Assembly: GCA_963796685.1 (NCBI GenBank)
Contig: CAWCMR010000010.1
Location: 1 to 64,000, forward strand
Length of the DNA: 64,000 nt
Direction: 5' to 3'
From: an uncultured delta proteobacterium
GTDB lineage: Bacteria > Myxococcota_A > Polyangia > Fen-1088
A program made the position numbers and the translations under genes. The notes beneath the pieces are model-generated. The model saw only the letters and a list, made by a program, of their open reading frames with translations, was not told where the DNA came from and did no database searches. Positions 25,784 to 36,862 of this stretch are shown piece by piece (positions within the stretch are counted from its first letter, which is position 1; each line of letters starts with the position of its first letter).

Positions 25784-26713
25784 ATGAAAACATTCATCAA
25801 GAGAGTTGTGGACGCATCCCTGGCCCCGCTCTGCTCCTACCTGTCGGAGAAGGTGCCGCCCAGGCAGGTACTGCTGCCTCGTCCGAATCACGACATCGAG
25901 CTCGAGGCGGCCAGGCGGCAAGTGGGCGCTCGCACCCCCGACAACCCTTGCCTCCGGGGCTTCAAGGTCTTTTCGCAGAACGACGAAGATGGAATCATCG
26001 AGGAGATCCTTCGACGTGTCGGCGCCGTCGAGCCGCTGAGCAAGACCTTCATCGAGATCGGCTGCGGCAATGGCCTCGAGAACAACTCGCACTACCTTCT
26101 TCTCGAGGGGTTCAAGGGATGCTGGGTCGATGGGGATACGAAAAACCTGGAATTCATTCGAGCAGAGCTGGGGGCGCTGGAGTTCTCGCAACTTCGAGCA
26201 CAGCAGTGCTTCATCGATTTGTCCAATATCGGCGACTTCATCTCCACCCAGGTGAAGTTTCTGGGGACGAGAGAGCCGGACCTGTTTTCGGTCGACATCG
26301 ATGGCAACGATCTGTGGATTCTGTGCGAGTCGCTTCGGTACTTCGAGCCCAAGGTCATCTGCGTCGAGTACAACCCGAAGTTCCCGCCTCCTCTGGCGGT
26401 CAGCATCGCCTACAATGCATCGCACGCCTGGGGGAACGACGACTATCACGGTGCTTCGCTGCAGGCCTTCTGCGACGGCTTGCCTGGATATCGATTGGTT
26501 TGCTGCAATCTGTGCGGTGTCAACGCCTTCTTCGTCCGCAAGGATCTGGCGGCCGGCTTCACGGTCGCGGATGCACCGGATCTCTACCAGCCATTCCGAG
26601 AGCACCTCACCGCCCCCATCTCGGGGCACCCTCCATCCCTCAAATGGTTGCGCGACAAACTGCGCGCCCCCTACGGCGGCATCACGCCGGACTCCGCCGC
26701 CTCGGCTCGCTAG
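25784..26713 (+). CDS. FkbM-like polysaccharide-locus protein
   Basis: FSQNDEDGII, IEIGCG, SVDIDGND, VEYN. Confidence 0.8.
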   Translation: MKTFIKRVVDASLAPLCSYLSEKVPPRQVLLPRPNHDIELEAARRQVGARTPDNPCLRGFKVFSQNDEDGIIEEILRRVGAVEPLSKTFIEIGCGNGLENNSHYLLLEGFKGCWVDGDTKNLEFIRAELGALEFSQLRAQQCFIDLSNIGDFISTQVKFLGTREPDLFSVDIDGNDLWILCESLRYFEPKVICVEYNPKFPPPLAVSIAYNASHAWGNDDYHGASLQAFCDGLPGYRLVCCNLCGVNAFFVRKDLAAGFTVADAPDLYQPFREHLTAPISGHPPSLKWLRDKLRAPYGGITPDSAASAR

Positions 26714-26732
26714 CGGTGGAAGTCTCGCGATC

Positions 26733-28259
26733 ATGCATCAGGGCCTCCCAGTCTTCAGGAACGTCACCTACAACTTCTTGTCGCAGGTTTGGTTCTTCAT
26801 CCTGCCGCTTGCGACCTCGCCCTATATCGTTCGCCATCTCGGGGTAGAGGCCTACGGGGTTCTTTCGCTTGCGATGGCGATTGTCGGATACCTGGCCGTT
26901 CTCGACCTGGGCATGGGAACGGCGACCATCAAGTACATGGCCGACGCCTACGTCGTGAGGGATTTTCAGGCGGTTTCCAAGGTGATCGGAACCTCCATCG
27001 TCATCTACTCCGGGCTCGGGCTGCTGGGAACCCTGGTCATTCTCACCACAGCCAATCTCATCATCACCCGCCTGCTTCACGTCCCGGCGAATCTCGTTCA
27101 CATCACGCTGGTCGTGTTCTATGTCAGCTCCCTGGGATTTCTGGTGAATATGCCGCTGACAGTCTTCAACTCCATCCCCAATGCCCTGCAGCGGTTCGAT
27201 ATCCTGGTGAAGCAGAACCTTGCGCTCGGTACCGTGGCTATCCTGGGGCAAGTCGTCTTGCTCGCACTCGGCTATTCGCTGCGAGCGCTGGTGGTGTTCA
27301 ATGTGGCCACCAGCGCGATCGGGATCGTCGTCTTCGTCATGGTGGCCCGGCGACTGCTTCCGGGGGTCTCGTTCCGTCCCGCTTTCGATGCGCCAACCGC
27401 CAGGCGGATCATGCGATTCAGCGCTCTCAAGGTGTTCTCGGTCATAAGTGGGCAAGTCGTCTTCCAACTGGACAAGGTGCTCGTTGCCGCCTTTCTCCCC
27501 TTGGCAAGCGTGAGCTATTACGTCGTCCCCTTGGGACTGGCCCAAAGGATCATATCGGTCATCCCCAATATCACCACGGCGGTGTTTCCCGCGGTCAGCG
27601 AATTCAAGGCGAACCAGGAGCGGCTGAACGACCTGTACGTTCGCGTCGCCAAAGGCGTCCTGATGGCGGTTCTGCCCATCACGGTCGCGCTGGTCATGTT
27701 CGCGGACAAGATTCTCGCTTTCTGGATGGGGACCGATTTTGCCACGAACGGCGCCAGCACGCTTCGCTTCCTGGCCCTGGCCTTCTTTTTGGCGTCCTTT
27801 GCGGCGGTACCGGGCGTCTTCGTCGAAGGACTTGGCAAGCCCGGAATTCCGGCATTCTTCGCCGCGATCAGCGCCGTGCTGAACCTTGGGCTCGCCTTGC
27901 TCTTCATCCCGCGATGGGGCATCGCGGGGCCGGCTCTGGCTCTCATCGCGAACAGCTTGATCACCGTCCCGCTGTTCGTGGATCGCGTGAATCGAAAAGT
28001 CTTGGGCCTGCGAAATACCACGTTTCTGCGCCGTGGCTTCGTCAAGCCGCTGGTCGCAGCCGTCCCGATGTGGCTCTTCTTCGTGGTTGTGAAGTCGCAC
28101 GCGAACAATCTTCTCGAGCTCGGCGGGATCATCTTCGCGGGCGCCGGGCTGTACGTGTTGCTGTGCTTGTGTTTGGGCGTAATCGACTCGGCTGAACGCA
28201 AGATGATCGGGGAATATTGGAAGGGAATTACCGGCGGAGGTTCGAAACATGTGTCCTGA
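26733..28259 (+). CDS. Wzx-type flippase
   Basis: Many TM segments; LGVEAYG, DLGMG, DKVLV. Confidence 0.88.
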   Translation: MHQGLPVFRNVTYNFLSQVWFFILPLATSPYIVRHLGVEAYGVLSLAMAIVGYLAVLDLGMGTATIKYMADAYVVRDFQAVSKVIGTSIVIYSGLGLLGTLVILTTANLIITRLLHVPANLVHITLVVFYVSSLGFLVNMPLTVFNSIPNALQRFDILVKQNLALGTVAILGQVVLLALGYSLRALVVFNVATSAIGIVVFVMVARRLLPGVSFRPAFDAPTARRIMRFSALKVFSVISGQVVFQLDKVLVAAFLPLASVSYYVVPLGLAQRIISVIPNITTAVFPAVSEFKANQERLNDLYVRVAKGVLMAVLPITVALVMFADKILAFWMGTDFATNGASTLRFLALAFFLASFAAVPGVFVEGLGKPGIPAFFAAISAVLNLGLALLFIPRWGIAGPALALIANSLITVPLFVDRVNRKVLGLRNTTFLRRGFVKPLVAAVPMWLFFVVVKSHANNLLELGGIIFAGAGLYVLLCLCLGVIDSAERKMIGEYWKGITGGGSKHVS

Positions 28260-28902
28260 TCTGGTTGCGAGGACCGATATTCAGTTCCCCTGGAAGGGCG
28301 AGATCCACCCCGAGCTGGCAAAGCTCGTCGTCGAGCACAACCGAGGGAACGTCGTCGACGTCGGCTGCGGAACCTGCCAGGTTTACTACCACTTGCTCAA
28401 GCAGGGATGGAAGGGTGAATACGTTGGCGTGGATCAGGTCGCCTACCCAGGCTACACCTATCCGGAAGCGATCCAGGTCATTCTGGGCGACGCACTTCGG
28501 GTTGACCTGCCACGGAGCAATACGTACGTGCTGCATGACGTGCTCGAGCACGTCGAAGATCCGATTGGGCTTCTCACCAGGTGCATCGGCAATTCCGAGA
28601 ACGTCCTTATCGCGGTGCCCAAGCGAAATGAGGATCTCTGGCGTTACGGGGTCGTCGAATACCATCAGTTGGATCGTACCCACAAACACTGGGGTTTTAC
28701 CGAACATGAGCTGCGTCGTTTGGTGAAGTGCAGCGGTGGAAAGATGGTCGCGTATCAGGAGCTCGTCAAAACGAGCTTGTCGGGACTATTGGGAGCATTT
28801 ACCGACAGCTCGATGTTCCATCGCATCGTGGAAAATCTGATGAAGATCTTCTCGACCAAGTCCTATTCGCAAGAATTGTGGTGTGAGGTCACGAAGGCAT
28901 GA
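28249..28902 (+). CDS. class I SAM methyltransferase
   Basis: VDVGCG, DVLEHV. Confidence 0.85.
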   Translation: MCPDLVARTDIQFPWKGEIHPELAKLVVEHNRGNVVDVGCGTCQVYYHLLKQGWKGEYVGVDQVAYPGYTYPEAIQVILGDALRVDLPRSNTYVLHDVLEHVEDPIGLLTRCIGNSENVLIAVPKRNEDLWRYGVVEYHQLDRTHKHWGFTEHELRRLVKCSGGKMVAYQELVKTSLSGLLGAFTDSSMFHRIVENLMKIFSTKSYSQELWCEVTKA

Positions 28903-28924
28903 AGCATTCGAGGTCAATGCGGAG

Positions 28925-30196
28925 ATGAAGGTCCTTTACGATATTGCGGTTCTGGGTCTTGGACACCACCAGGAGCGATCTCGCACGGGGGTCTTTCGCG
29001 TTGTCGAGAACGTCGCGCTTGCACTGGCCGAGGATCCGAGCCTGACCTTGGGTCTCTGCGCCTCGAATTACTCGGTGTGGTGCGAACAATACCTGCGGTC
29101 CGCAGGGGCCTTGGCGCGGACGCCCTTCGAATCTGGATCCATGCGTCTGGCGCTGGACAAGTTGGAGCTCGCTCTCGTGGACGCGGCGTCCAAGGAGAAG
29201 CCTGGCTGGACCATCGGGCGGGTTGCGCGGGGGTGTATCGGATTTGCGATGATGCAGGTCAGGAAGCGGCTGGAAGTCGTACCCAACTCGGTCTTGGCCG
29301 AAGCGGACATCTACCATTCGCCCTTCTACGCGCTGCCTGCGAACACGAAGGGGCAGCCGCGCTTGCGGCGGTTTCTCACCGTCTACGATCTGATCGCACT
29401 TCGGAATCCGGAATTGTTCGAGTCCAACGTCGTCACGCTGATGAAGCAGGTGCTGGCTTCGCTCACCCCTGCCGACTGGGTCCTGTGCATTTCGGAAGCG
29501 ACTCGGCGCGATTTGCTTGCCGATAGGCCGGATCTCGATCCAGCGCGCGTGCTTGTCACCTACCTGGCCGCGGCGGATCATTTTCGTCCCGATCTTCGTG
29601 CGGAGCAGTGGCCGTCGCTCAAGCACAAATACAATCTTCCGGACGAGCCCTATGCCTTGACCCTGAGCACGCTCGAACCGCGCAAGAACATTGCTCAGGT
29701 TATCCGTTGCTATGCTCGACTCGTGGCCGAGGGCCAGGCAGGAGACATGCGGCTGGTCATGGTTGGAACGCGGGGCTGGAAGATGGAATCCATCTTCCAA
29801 GAGCTTGAAAAACTGGGCTCTGTGAGCGACCGCGTGGTCGTCACGGGTTTTGTCCCCGACGAAGATTTGGCACCCATCTATTCGCATGCCTCGATGTTCG
29901 TCTACCCATCCTTGCTGGAAGGATTTGGACTACCTCCCCTCGAAGCCATGCAGTGCGGAGTCCCCGTCATTACCTCGAACACATCGTCTCTGCCCGAAGT
30001 GGTCGGGGACGCGGGCATCATGGTCTCGCCCACGGACGCGGATGCCCTGTGCCAGGCTATGGCCACGCTTCATCAGGACAGAGAGCTGCACGATCGGTTG
30101 GCAAACCGGGCGCGCCAGCGGGCTGCTACGTTCAGCTGGGCTCGCTGTGCCGCGGAAACCGTGGCGGCGTATCGTCTCGCCTTGGGTTCACAATAG
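28925..30196 (+). CDS. GT4 glycosyltransferase
   Basis: [16 protein letters not shown]. Confidence 0.92.
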   Translation: MKVLYDIAVLGLGHHQERSRTGVFRVVENVALALAEDPSLTLGLCASNYSVWCEQYLRSAGALARTPFESGSMRLALDKLELALVDAASKEKPGWTIGRVARGCIGFAMMQVRKRLEVVPNSVLAEADIYHSPFYALPANTKGQPRLRRFLTVYDLIALRNPELFESNVVTLMKQVLASLTPADWVLCISEATRRDLLADRPDLDPARVLVTYLAAADHFRPDLRAEQWPSLKHKYNLPDEPYALTLSTLEPRKNIAQVIRCYARLVAEGQAGDMRLVMVGTRGWKMESIFQELEKLGSVSDRVVVTGFVPDEDLAPIYSHASMFVYPSLLEGFGLPPLEAMQCGVPVITSNTSSLPEVVGDAGIMVSPTDADALCQAMATLHQDRELHDRLANRARQRAATFSWARCAAETVAAYRLALGSQ

Positions 30197-30217
30197 GGAG
30201 CTCGACGCGGAGAAGGT

Positions 30218-30928
30218 TCAGTCGCGGGTAACCCAGTATTGGTAGCTGACCCACTCGCTTCCCGCACTGTGGTCCCTCTCGGCTCTGATCAGCCTGCAAC
30301 CCGGAAGGTTCGCGGCGACCGCCGCGCGGCGCGTGCCGTGCATCTCCATCACCGGGCCTTGGGCAGGGGCCGCCGACTGCGGACCGGATACGATCCTCCA
30401 CCACTGCCGGAGAGCTGTGCCGAGGGTGAGCCGCTCGGGAATCTGGAATACCAACAAGCCGCCTTTGGAGAGCAGGCGGGAGAGCTCGCGGACATAGCCG
30501 AGCGCGAGGTCGGAGCTCATGTGTTGCAGAACGATGTTCGAGTAGATGAAGTCGAATCGCTGGTCGCCGAGCACGGTCAGATCAGGACGGTCGTTTTGCA
30601 CATAGGTGCAGCGATCGCCGACGGTATTGAATTGCCGGGCCAGCTCGACCATCTTCGCCGATATGTCCACACCGACCGTGTGGTCGAAACGCCGAGCGAT
30701 GGCTTGTGCGAGGCGTCCCACTCCGCAGCCAAAATCGAGGGCGCGCAGTCGCGCCGATGGCAGGCCGCCGGCCCGCCCCAGCACGGCGGCGATCTCCCCT
30801 TCGCCTGTCTGGAAGAACTCCGCGGGATCCCACCTGCCGCCACGCTTGGAGGGGTCGGTCAGGATCGCCCACAGAGGATCATCCGCGGCGAACTGCTCCC
30901 AGTTGCCGCGCAAATTGCCGATGTCCAT
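30218..30928 (-). CDS. class I SAM methyltransferase
   Basis: LDFGCGVGR, IVLQH. Confidence 0.88.
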   Translation of the reverse strand: MDIGNLRGNWEQFAADDPLWAILTDPSKRGGRWDPAEFFQTGEGEIAAVLGRAGGLPSARLRALDFGCGVGRLAQAIARRFDHTVGVDISAKMVELARQFNTVGDRCTYVQNDRPDLTVLGDQRFDFIYSNIVLQHMSSDLALGYVRELSRLLSKGGLLVFQIPERLTLGTALRQWWRIVSGPQSAAPAQGPVMEMHGTRRAAVAANLPGCRLIRAERDHSAGSEWVSYQYWVTRD

Positions 30929-31109
30929 CGCCCGACCCATACCACGTGCGTTTGGGTCAAACAAGCCTGCGGCCGAGGAGGTTGGGAGGAGTGTGGGCTC
31001 GCGCCGGGTGGGCGCAAATTCCAACAGTTTGCGCCCAAAATGCTAGACATATCGAACAACACCGGCTAGCTCAGCCGAGACCCCACACCCGGAGCAGGAG
31101 AAAACCATC

Positions 31110-32072
31110 ATGCACGAGATCCCGATCCCGCCTCTGGAGATGCGCGCCTTCGTGGGACCCACAGATCCGGCCGCGTTCGAGAACCCGGGCGGGCGGCCCA
31201 TCTACTCCGAGCTCGGCATTTCCCTCGATGCGTACGACGCCGTGTTCGATTTCGGATGCGGCTGCGGGAGGGTGGCCCGCCAGCTGCTTCTTCAGGATCC
31301 CAGACCGCGCCGGTACGTGGGCATCGACGTCAACCGGGACGTCGTCGAGTGGTGTCGCCGGAGCCTGTCGCCGGTCGACCCCGGTTTCCAGTTTCATCAT
31401 CACGACGTGTATTCCCCGACCGCCGCGCCCCGCAACACCCTGCGCCTGGCGGAGCGGTTTCCGGTCGAGGACGGCCAGTTCTCGCTGGTCATCGCGCACT
31501 CAGTGTTCACGCATCTCCTCCGGCGGCAGACGGAGTTCTACCTGCACGAAGTGGCCCGGATCCTCAAGCCGGGGGGCATCGCGTTCACGACGTGGTTCTT
31601 TTTCGACAACCTCAGCTTCCCCTTTTTCCAAGAAGGCCCCTTTTGCCTCTTCGCGGGCGAGACCGATCCCACCCACGCCGTCATCTATGACCGCCGGTGG
31701 TTCCTCGATGCCGTCCGCCGCCGGGGTCTTGGCGTCGTGAGCACGAGGCATCCCGAAGTGGCAGGGCACCAGTGGACGGTTCTCCTGGGTAGGCGTACGG
31801 TGGGCATGGAGGACCGGTTCCCGCTTGGCGAGGAGGATGCCGAGTGGCTGTGCGGGCCGGCGGCAAAGCCGATGCACGGCCAGGAGCGGCCGGAGGCTTT
31901 CGCAAGGCAACGGGTGGCATGTCTGGACTCCGCGGCAGAAGAGAGCTGGCCGAATCCACCGGCCCTGTTCGGTCCGCTGGCCGAGCTCGCTGCCATCCGG
32001 CGTCTCTTGCCCTGGCGGTGTGTGCGCGCGGTGCTCGATCCTCTCCGGAGGATCAAGCGAGCGCTTTCCTGA
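31110..32072 (+). CDS. class I SAM methyltransferase
   Basis: FDFGCGCGR, SVFTHL, LKPGG. Confidence 0.88.
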   Translation: MHEIPIPPLEMRAFVGPTDPAAFENPGGRPIYSELGISLDAYDAVFDFGCGCGRVARQLLLQDPRPRRYVGIDVNRDVVEWCRRSLSPVDPGFQFHHHDVYSPTAAPRNTLRLAERFPVEDGQFSLVIAHSVFTHLLRRQTEFYLHEVARILKPGGIAFTTWFFFDNLSFPFFQEGPFCLFAGETDPTHAVIYDRRWFLDAVRRRGLGVVSTRHPEVAGHQWTVLLGRRTVGMEDRFPLGEEDAEWLCGPAAKPMHGQERPEAFARQRVACLDSAAEESWPNPPALFGPLAELAAIRRLLPWRCVRAVLDPLRRIKRALS

Positions 32073-32107
32073 GCCGTGGCCCTCGCTGGCTCGATGGCGC
32101 CAGTCAC

Positions 32108-33265
32108 CTACGGCAGACTTGAAGCGCTGGTTCCTCTACGCACCTTGGATCGAGCCTTCGCCAACAACAAGGAAGGCCAAGCCGGATTCATGCACGGACG
32201 TTCGAGCAACACGAAGATCAGCCCGCTGATCGCGAGGGTCAGCGGCGCAAGCACGAGGGCCCAAATCGCGAAGGCGTAGCCGAACGGCATGAGCGGAAGT
32301 ATGCGCCTGCCGACTTGGAGCGTGTGAACGACAATGGGGCCATGGACGAGGTAGATCGTGTAGCACATCCCCCCGATGGCCACGATCCAGGGATTGCCAA
32401 AGATACGCCGGCACCATCGCCCGCGGATCGACCCACAGTAGGCCATCAGCACCACGAACGGCTGGATCCCGTAGAAATACCGCTCGTAGGCCACCAGCGG
32501 CCAGATGGCGATCCAGCTTGCGATGGCAACCCAATCCCACGCACGGCTTTCCACGGGGTTCTCCTGCCAATCCACCACGTAGAGATCCGCAAGCAGGTAG
32601 CCCGCGAAAAACTCCTGGAGGTGCCCAATCACGCTACCGAAATAGCGAAAGTCCGTGGTGCTGTATCTCGGCATGCCGAAAGCGAGAATGAGGGCCACGA
32701 GAAGTGCCCGCCGGAGCAGCCGATTCCTGAGAAGAAAGACGCAGGTGAGAATCGGCGTTAGCACGTAGAACTGGACCTCGACTTCGAGGGACCATGCGGC
32801 GCCCAGCACCGGATTCTGGCTTCCGTAGATCAGCGTGTGCTGGTAGAGCAACCCCACGAGAAGGTGGGGCCACGCGTCGATAGCCGTCAGCGCCCCGGTC
32901 GCGCACTCGACGAAGAAGATTGTGAGCAACAGGAGAAAGTAGGGTGGCTCGAGGCGCGTGACTCGCCGGAGAAAATACGCGCGCAGCGAGACCGGTTTAC
33001 CTCCCGCGAGCCGCGCCCGGACAAAGGGAAGTGCAAGCACGAAGCCGCTGATGACGAAGAACAGCTCGACGCCGTAGCGGCCCACATCCATGAGCACGCG
33101 GATCGGGAGATTCGGCGGGGTGGATGCAGCACCGAGCGTGGACATGGTGTGCGCGATGTGAAAGAAAAAAACCGACGAGATGGCCACGAAGCGAAAGCCG
33201 TCGATCTGCGGAATCAGCCGTCTTCCCGGCGTGACGACTCGCCCCAGATGCTTAAGCAGGGGCAT
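32108..33265 (-). CDS. acyltransferase-3 (OafA-like) O-acyltransferase
   Basis: IDGFRFVA, GVELFFVISGF, RRVTRL, WSLEVEVQFY. Confidence 0.92.
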   Translation of the reverse strand: MPLLKHLGRVVTPGRRLIPQIDGFRFVAISSVFFFHIAHTMSTLGAASTPPNLPIRVLMDVGRYGVELFFVISGFVLALPFVRARLAGGKPVSLRAYFLRRVTRLEPPYFLLLLTIFFVECATGALTAIDAWPHLLVGLLYQHTLIYGSQNPVLGAAWSLEVEVQFYVLTPILTCVFLLRNRLLRRALLVALILAFGMPRYSTTDFRYFGSVIGHLQEFFAGYLLADLYVVDWQENPVESRAWDWVAIASWIAIWPLVAYERYFYGIQPFVVLMAYCGSIRGRWCRRIFGNPWIVAIGGMCYTIYLVHGPIVVHTLQVGRRILPLMPFGYAFAIWALVLAPLTLAISGLIFVLLERPCMNPAWPSLLLAKARSKVRRGTSASSLP

Positions 33266-33412
33266 GGTCGGAAGTGACCTTGATTTTGTCGTGCGGCGCA
33301 AACATCTCGGACATCTGGCGGAGCAGATTAGGCCAACTTGGGTCGGAATGCCCGTAGCTTCTCAAAACCGGGATGCGGGGCCTCCGGGTTTGCTTTGTTG
33401 CCGGTCGAATCC

Positions 33413-34702
33413 TTAGCCGCCGTCGCTATCTGGTTCCACCTGCGGAGCTCCTGTAAGAAGGCCGGCGTCCTCGACGCCGAGCTCTTGCCCGGCGATCTTG
33501 CGGTAGAGGGCCCGATAGGTGCGCGCCGTCCGCTCCCAGGTGAAGAGTTTCGCGCGCGCCCTTCCTCGCTCGCGTAGGGATTGCCTGAGCTCGGCATCGC
33601 ACCACAGTTTGCGGATGGCCTCGGCCATGTCCTCTATCGAGTAAGGATCGAACAACAAGACCGCGTCGCCGCCGTACTCCGGCAAAGAGGTAGCCGTCGA
33701 GCAGGCGACCGGCGCACCTTCCTGAAAGGCCTCGAGCAGCGGAAAGCCACCGCCCTCGAAGAGGCTGGGAAAGATGAGAAAGTCCGCCAACCGGTAAAGC
33801 GCGCGCAGATGGCCGGGATCGACATAACCGAGGAACGAGACCTGGTCGCCGAGCTTCAGCGCGCGTGCCCGCTTGTGCACGATCGACCAATCGTGCACTG
33901 GCCTACCCGTGCACACGAGGTTGGCCACGATGCCGTGCTGGGTGCGTGCCTTTGCCAAAGCCTCCAGCAATCGCACGTGGTTTTTGTGCGGCCAATACTG
34001 CGCCGGGAAGAACATGAATCGAGGCGGCAGGTTGTGCTCGCGCCGGACGGCATCCATGTCGTCGGGGACTGGGGTACGGTAGAAGATGGTCGGCGCGCCG
34101 CGGGGTATGGCCACGACCTTCTCCTCGGGGATGCGGTACTGCTCGATGATGTCCGTCTTGGCAGCAAACGATTCGGCCGCGACGGCTGTCGACAACCGGC
34201 ACGCGGTTCCGTGCAGGACATCGCGCTGGGCAACCTCGGCGGGCGTGAAGAACTCAGGCAAGTGCCGGTGCTGCAGGTCATGCGGGTTGTAGACCGAGGG
34301 AATCTTGGTGCGCTCGAAGTATTGGAAGGGGAAGTGCACGACATCGCATGACAACGACTCGAAGAACCCGTCCGATTCGGCGGTCTTGAAAGCAGCGACC
34401 CCGTGCAGCAGGTACTGCACGCGCGAATACCACGGACCAACGACCTCGGCGAATCTCCCCAGGCGTCGGATGACCTTGTCCCTGAGCTGCGGCCTCGGAC
34501 GTACGACCAATCGCTGGTTGTCGCCCATGACCTCGGTGAGACGCCTCTCGTTATCCGGCGTAGCCACCACCACGTAGCGCTCCGGCCCGTCCTCCAAGCG
34601 CCCGAGCGCACCGATGAGCGATATCAGAAACTGCTCGATACCTCCCGCGAAGCCGCCCATCGGGAGCTCGGCGTGAAGGGCGATGGTCAGGGGTTGTTTC
34701 AT
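33413..34702 (-). CDS. GT4 glycosyltransferase
   Basis: WPHKNH, FEGGGFPLLEA. Confidence 0.9.
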   Translation of the reverse strand: MKQPLTIALHAELPMGGFAGGIEQFLISLIGALGRLEDGPERYVVVATPDNERRLTEVMGDNQRLVVRPRPQLRDKVIRRLGRFAEVVGPWYSRVQYLLHGVAAFKTAESDGFFESLSCDVVHFPFQYFERTKIPSVYNPHDLQHRHLPEFFTPAEVAQRDVLHGTACRLSTAVAAESFAAKTDIIEQYRIPEEKVVAIPRGAPTIFYRTPVPDDMDAVRREHNLPPRFMFFPAQYWPHKNHVRLLEALAKARTQHGIVANLVCTGRPVHDWSIVHKRARALKLGDQVSFLGYVDPGHLRALYRLADFLIFPSLFEGGGFPLLEAFQEGAPVACSTATSLPEYGGDAVLLFDPYSIEDMAEAIRKLWCDAELRQSLRERGRARAKLFTWERTARTYRALYRKIAGQELGVEDAGLLTGAPQVEPDSDGG

Positions 34703-34888
34703 GGCAGGGCGAAGAGAATCATGGATGCTACTTGCGAATCGCCATGTACCGATAGCTCGCGAAATCGTTTTCCGTCAGCTTGTCCCACCTAAATGACTGA
34801 TAACCCGGCCTGTGTCCACCATGTTCTTGCCTGGGGCCGCGAAAGCACCGGCAGAGACAAGAGGGCAACTGTGATATGAGGTTGGGAC

Positions 34889-35743
34889 ATGGCCGATCAC
34901 TCCCCATCTCCCTCGCTATGCACTCGCACCGAGATCGAGTCGCGCATCGCCGCGGTTCCGTTCTGGTGGCATTCGATCGAAGTCGGTCAAGGGGTGACAA
35001 CCCCCGGCCAGAAGACGCCATCGCAACTTGCGGTGGAGCTCAAGACCTTGCGTCTACCCGACCTGCACAAGAAGACGGTTCTCGACATCGGAGCTTGGGA
35101 CGGCTTCTATTCCTTCACGGCGGAGCGGCTAGGAGCGGAGAAGGTGACGGCGCTTGACCACTTCGTCTGGTCCATGGATCTCAAGGAGCACAAGAAGTAC
35201 TACGACGACTGCATCACGCGTGGGGTGTCTCCCGAGCCTTACGAGACACTCCCTTACTACAAGCCTGCGGAGCTGCCGGGCAAGCGAGGCTTCGACACCG
35301 CCCGCGAACTGCTGGGAAGTGGGGTGGAGTCTATCGTCGCCGACTTCATGACCGCGGATCCGAAGGCCGTCGGAACCTTCGATGTGGTGCTATTCCTCGG
35401 GGTTCTGTATCACATGAAGTACCCCATTGAGGCACTGGAGCGGGTCGCCGCTCTGACCCGTCAGGTGGCGATCATCGAAACCGAGGCCATCTTCCTTCCC
35501 GGCTTGCAGGACCAAGCCTTCTGCGAGTATTTCGAGAAGGGCGAGCTCAACCACGACGTGTCCAACTGGTGGGCGCCCAACCAGAAAGCCCTTGTGGGTA
35601 TGTGCCGAACCGCTGGGTTTCGTCACGTGACGGTGACGCCTACGGCGCCCGTCCTGCCAATGTGGCAGCAACTGTCCTTGCGCTGGGGTGTGGTGGGCAA
35701 GCGAGTTCAGCGCTACCGAGCCGTCGTGCAGGCCTGGAAGTAA
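34889..35743 (+). CDS. SAM methyltransferase (DUF1698/CmoB-like)
   Basis: WWHSI, VLDIGAWDG, FLGVLYH. Confidence 0.85.
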   Translation: MADHSPSPSLCTRTEIESRIAAVPFWWHSIEVGQGVTTPGQKTPSQLAVELKTLRLPDLHKKTVLDIGAWDGFYSFTAERLGAEKVTALDHFVWSMDLKEHKKYYDDCITRGVSPEPYETLPYYKPAELPGKRGFDTARELLGSGVESIVADFMTADPKAVGTFDVVLFLGVLYHMKYPIEALERVAALTRQVAIIETEAIFLPGLQDQAFCEYFEKGELNHDVSNWWAPNQKALVGMCRTAGFRHVTVTPTAPVLPMWQQLSLRWGVVGKRVQRYRAVVQAWK

Positions 35744-35783
35744 GAGCTTCTTGCAATGCGCGGTGGGGCGTCTCCGCCCCGCC

Positions 35784-36830
35784 TCAGTAAAGCTCCTTGG
35801 CGACCAGGAGGCTCCGTAGGTTTTTCGGTGTCAACTGCTTGAGGTCGGCCAGGCGGATGCCGCGGTTCATCGCGCAGTATTTGAAGGCCGCGTAGGGGGC
35901 GGTCAGGCAAAGCTCGATGGGTTTCCTCTTCAGGATGGTGGGCGTGACGTGGGCCTCATACCAGCGGCTGCAGTAGCCGTAGACGCGGTTGGCCGGCGCC
36001 CAGTGGAAGTGTTTGTAGACCACCTCGAGGCATTCCCGAGAATTCGCCAAGGCATGTTCGCCGGAGACGGTCTTCGATTCGCCGTGAAGCCGGTAGCACG
36101 AGAGGAAATCCTCGACATAGCGGAAGCGGCAATCGGCGGCCATTCTGATCCACAGATCGTAGTCCATGACGTAGCGGAGGCTCGCGTCGGGGTAGCCGGC
36201 GCGCTCCAACGCCGAGCGGCGGAAAAAGGTGGAGGGCTGGCAGATGAAGTTCACGACGGCCAGTCGTTCGCGCGAGAAGTCTTCGGTCGGGTACGGTCCG
36301 AGACGCGCGCCGGCTTCGTCGACATAGTAGGTCTTGCCATAAACGACCTCGCAACCAGGATCTTTGGAAAACGCCTGGCACACGGTCCCCAGCGCCCCGG
36401 GTGCGTAGGTGTCGTCCGAGTTGAGCCAGGCCAGGATGTCCCCCGTCGACATCGCGAGTCCCTTGTTGATGGCGTGGCTCTGGCCGTCGTCGCGCTCGCT
36501 CAGCCAGCGAAGCTTGATGTCCCGGCAACGGATGGGCCACTCGCCCCGCGACAGCAGCGACGCGTATTTCTTGATGACCTCGACCGAGTTGTCCGTCGAC
36601 CCGCCGTCGACGATCACGTAGTCGATGGCGAAGTCCCCTTCTTGGCCGAGGACGCTCGCAATCGTCTCTTCGAGAAACCGGCCCTGGTTCCACGAGGGCG
36701 TGGTGATGGAGACGGTGGGCACCTCGCGAAAGCTACTCCGAAACGCGACGCCATGGCTAGATCTCATCTTGCCCATCACCCCTCGTCGCCTGCCCACCGC
36801 TCCGCCTTGACTTCCTGTCCGCGCCGTCAA
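35784..36830 (-). CDS. GT2 glycosyltransferase (true start probably ~36720-36780)
   Basis: SITTPSWNQ, VDGGSTD, WLNSDD, DYDLW. Confidence 0.9.
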   Translation of the reverse strand: MTARTGSQGGAVGRRRGVMGKMRSSHGVAFRSSFREVPTVSITTPSWNQGRFLEETIASVLGQEGDFAIDYVIVDGGSTDNSVEVIKKYASLLSRGEWPIRCRDIKLRWLSERDDGQSHAINKGLAMSTGDILAWLNSDDTYAPGALGTVCQAFSKDPGCEVVYGKTYYVDEAGARLGPYPTEDFSRERLAVVNFICQPSTFFRRSALERAGYPDASLRYVMDYDLWIRMAADCRFRYVEDFLSCYRLHGESKTVSGEHALANSRECLEVVYKHFHWAPANRVYGYCSRWYEAHVTPTILKRKPIELCLTAPYAAFKYCAMNRGIRLADLKQLTPKNLRSLLVAKELY

Positions 36831-36862
36831 TGATTGCTGAGCCGCCCCAGCGAGCGGCCACC

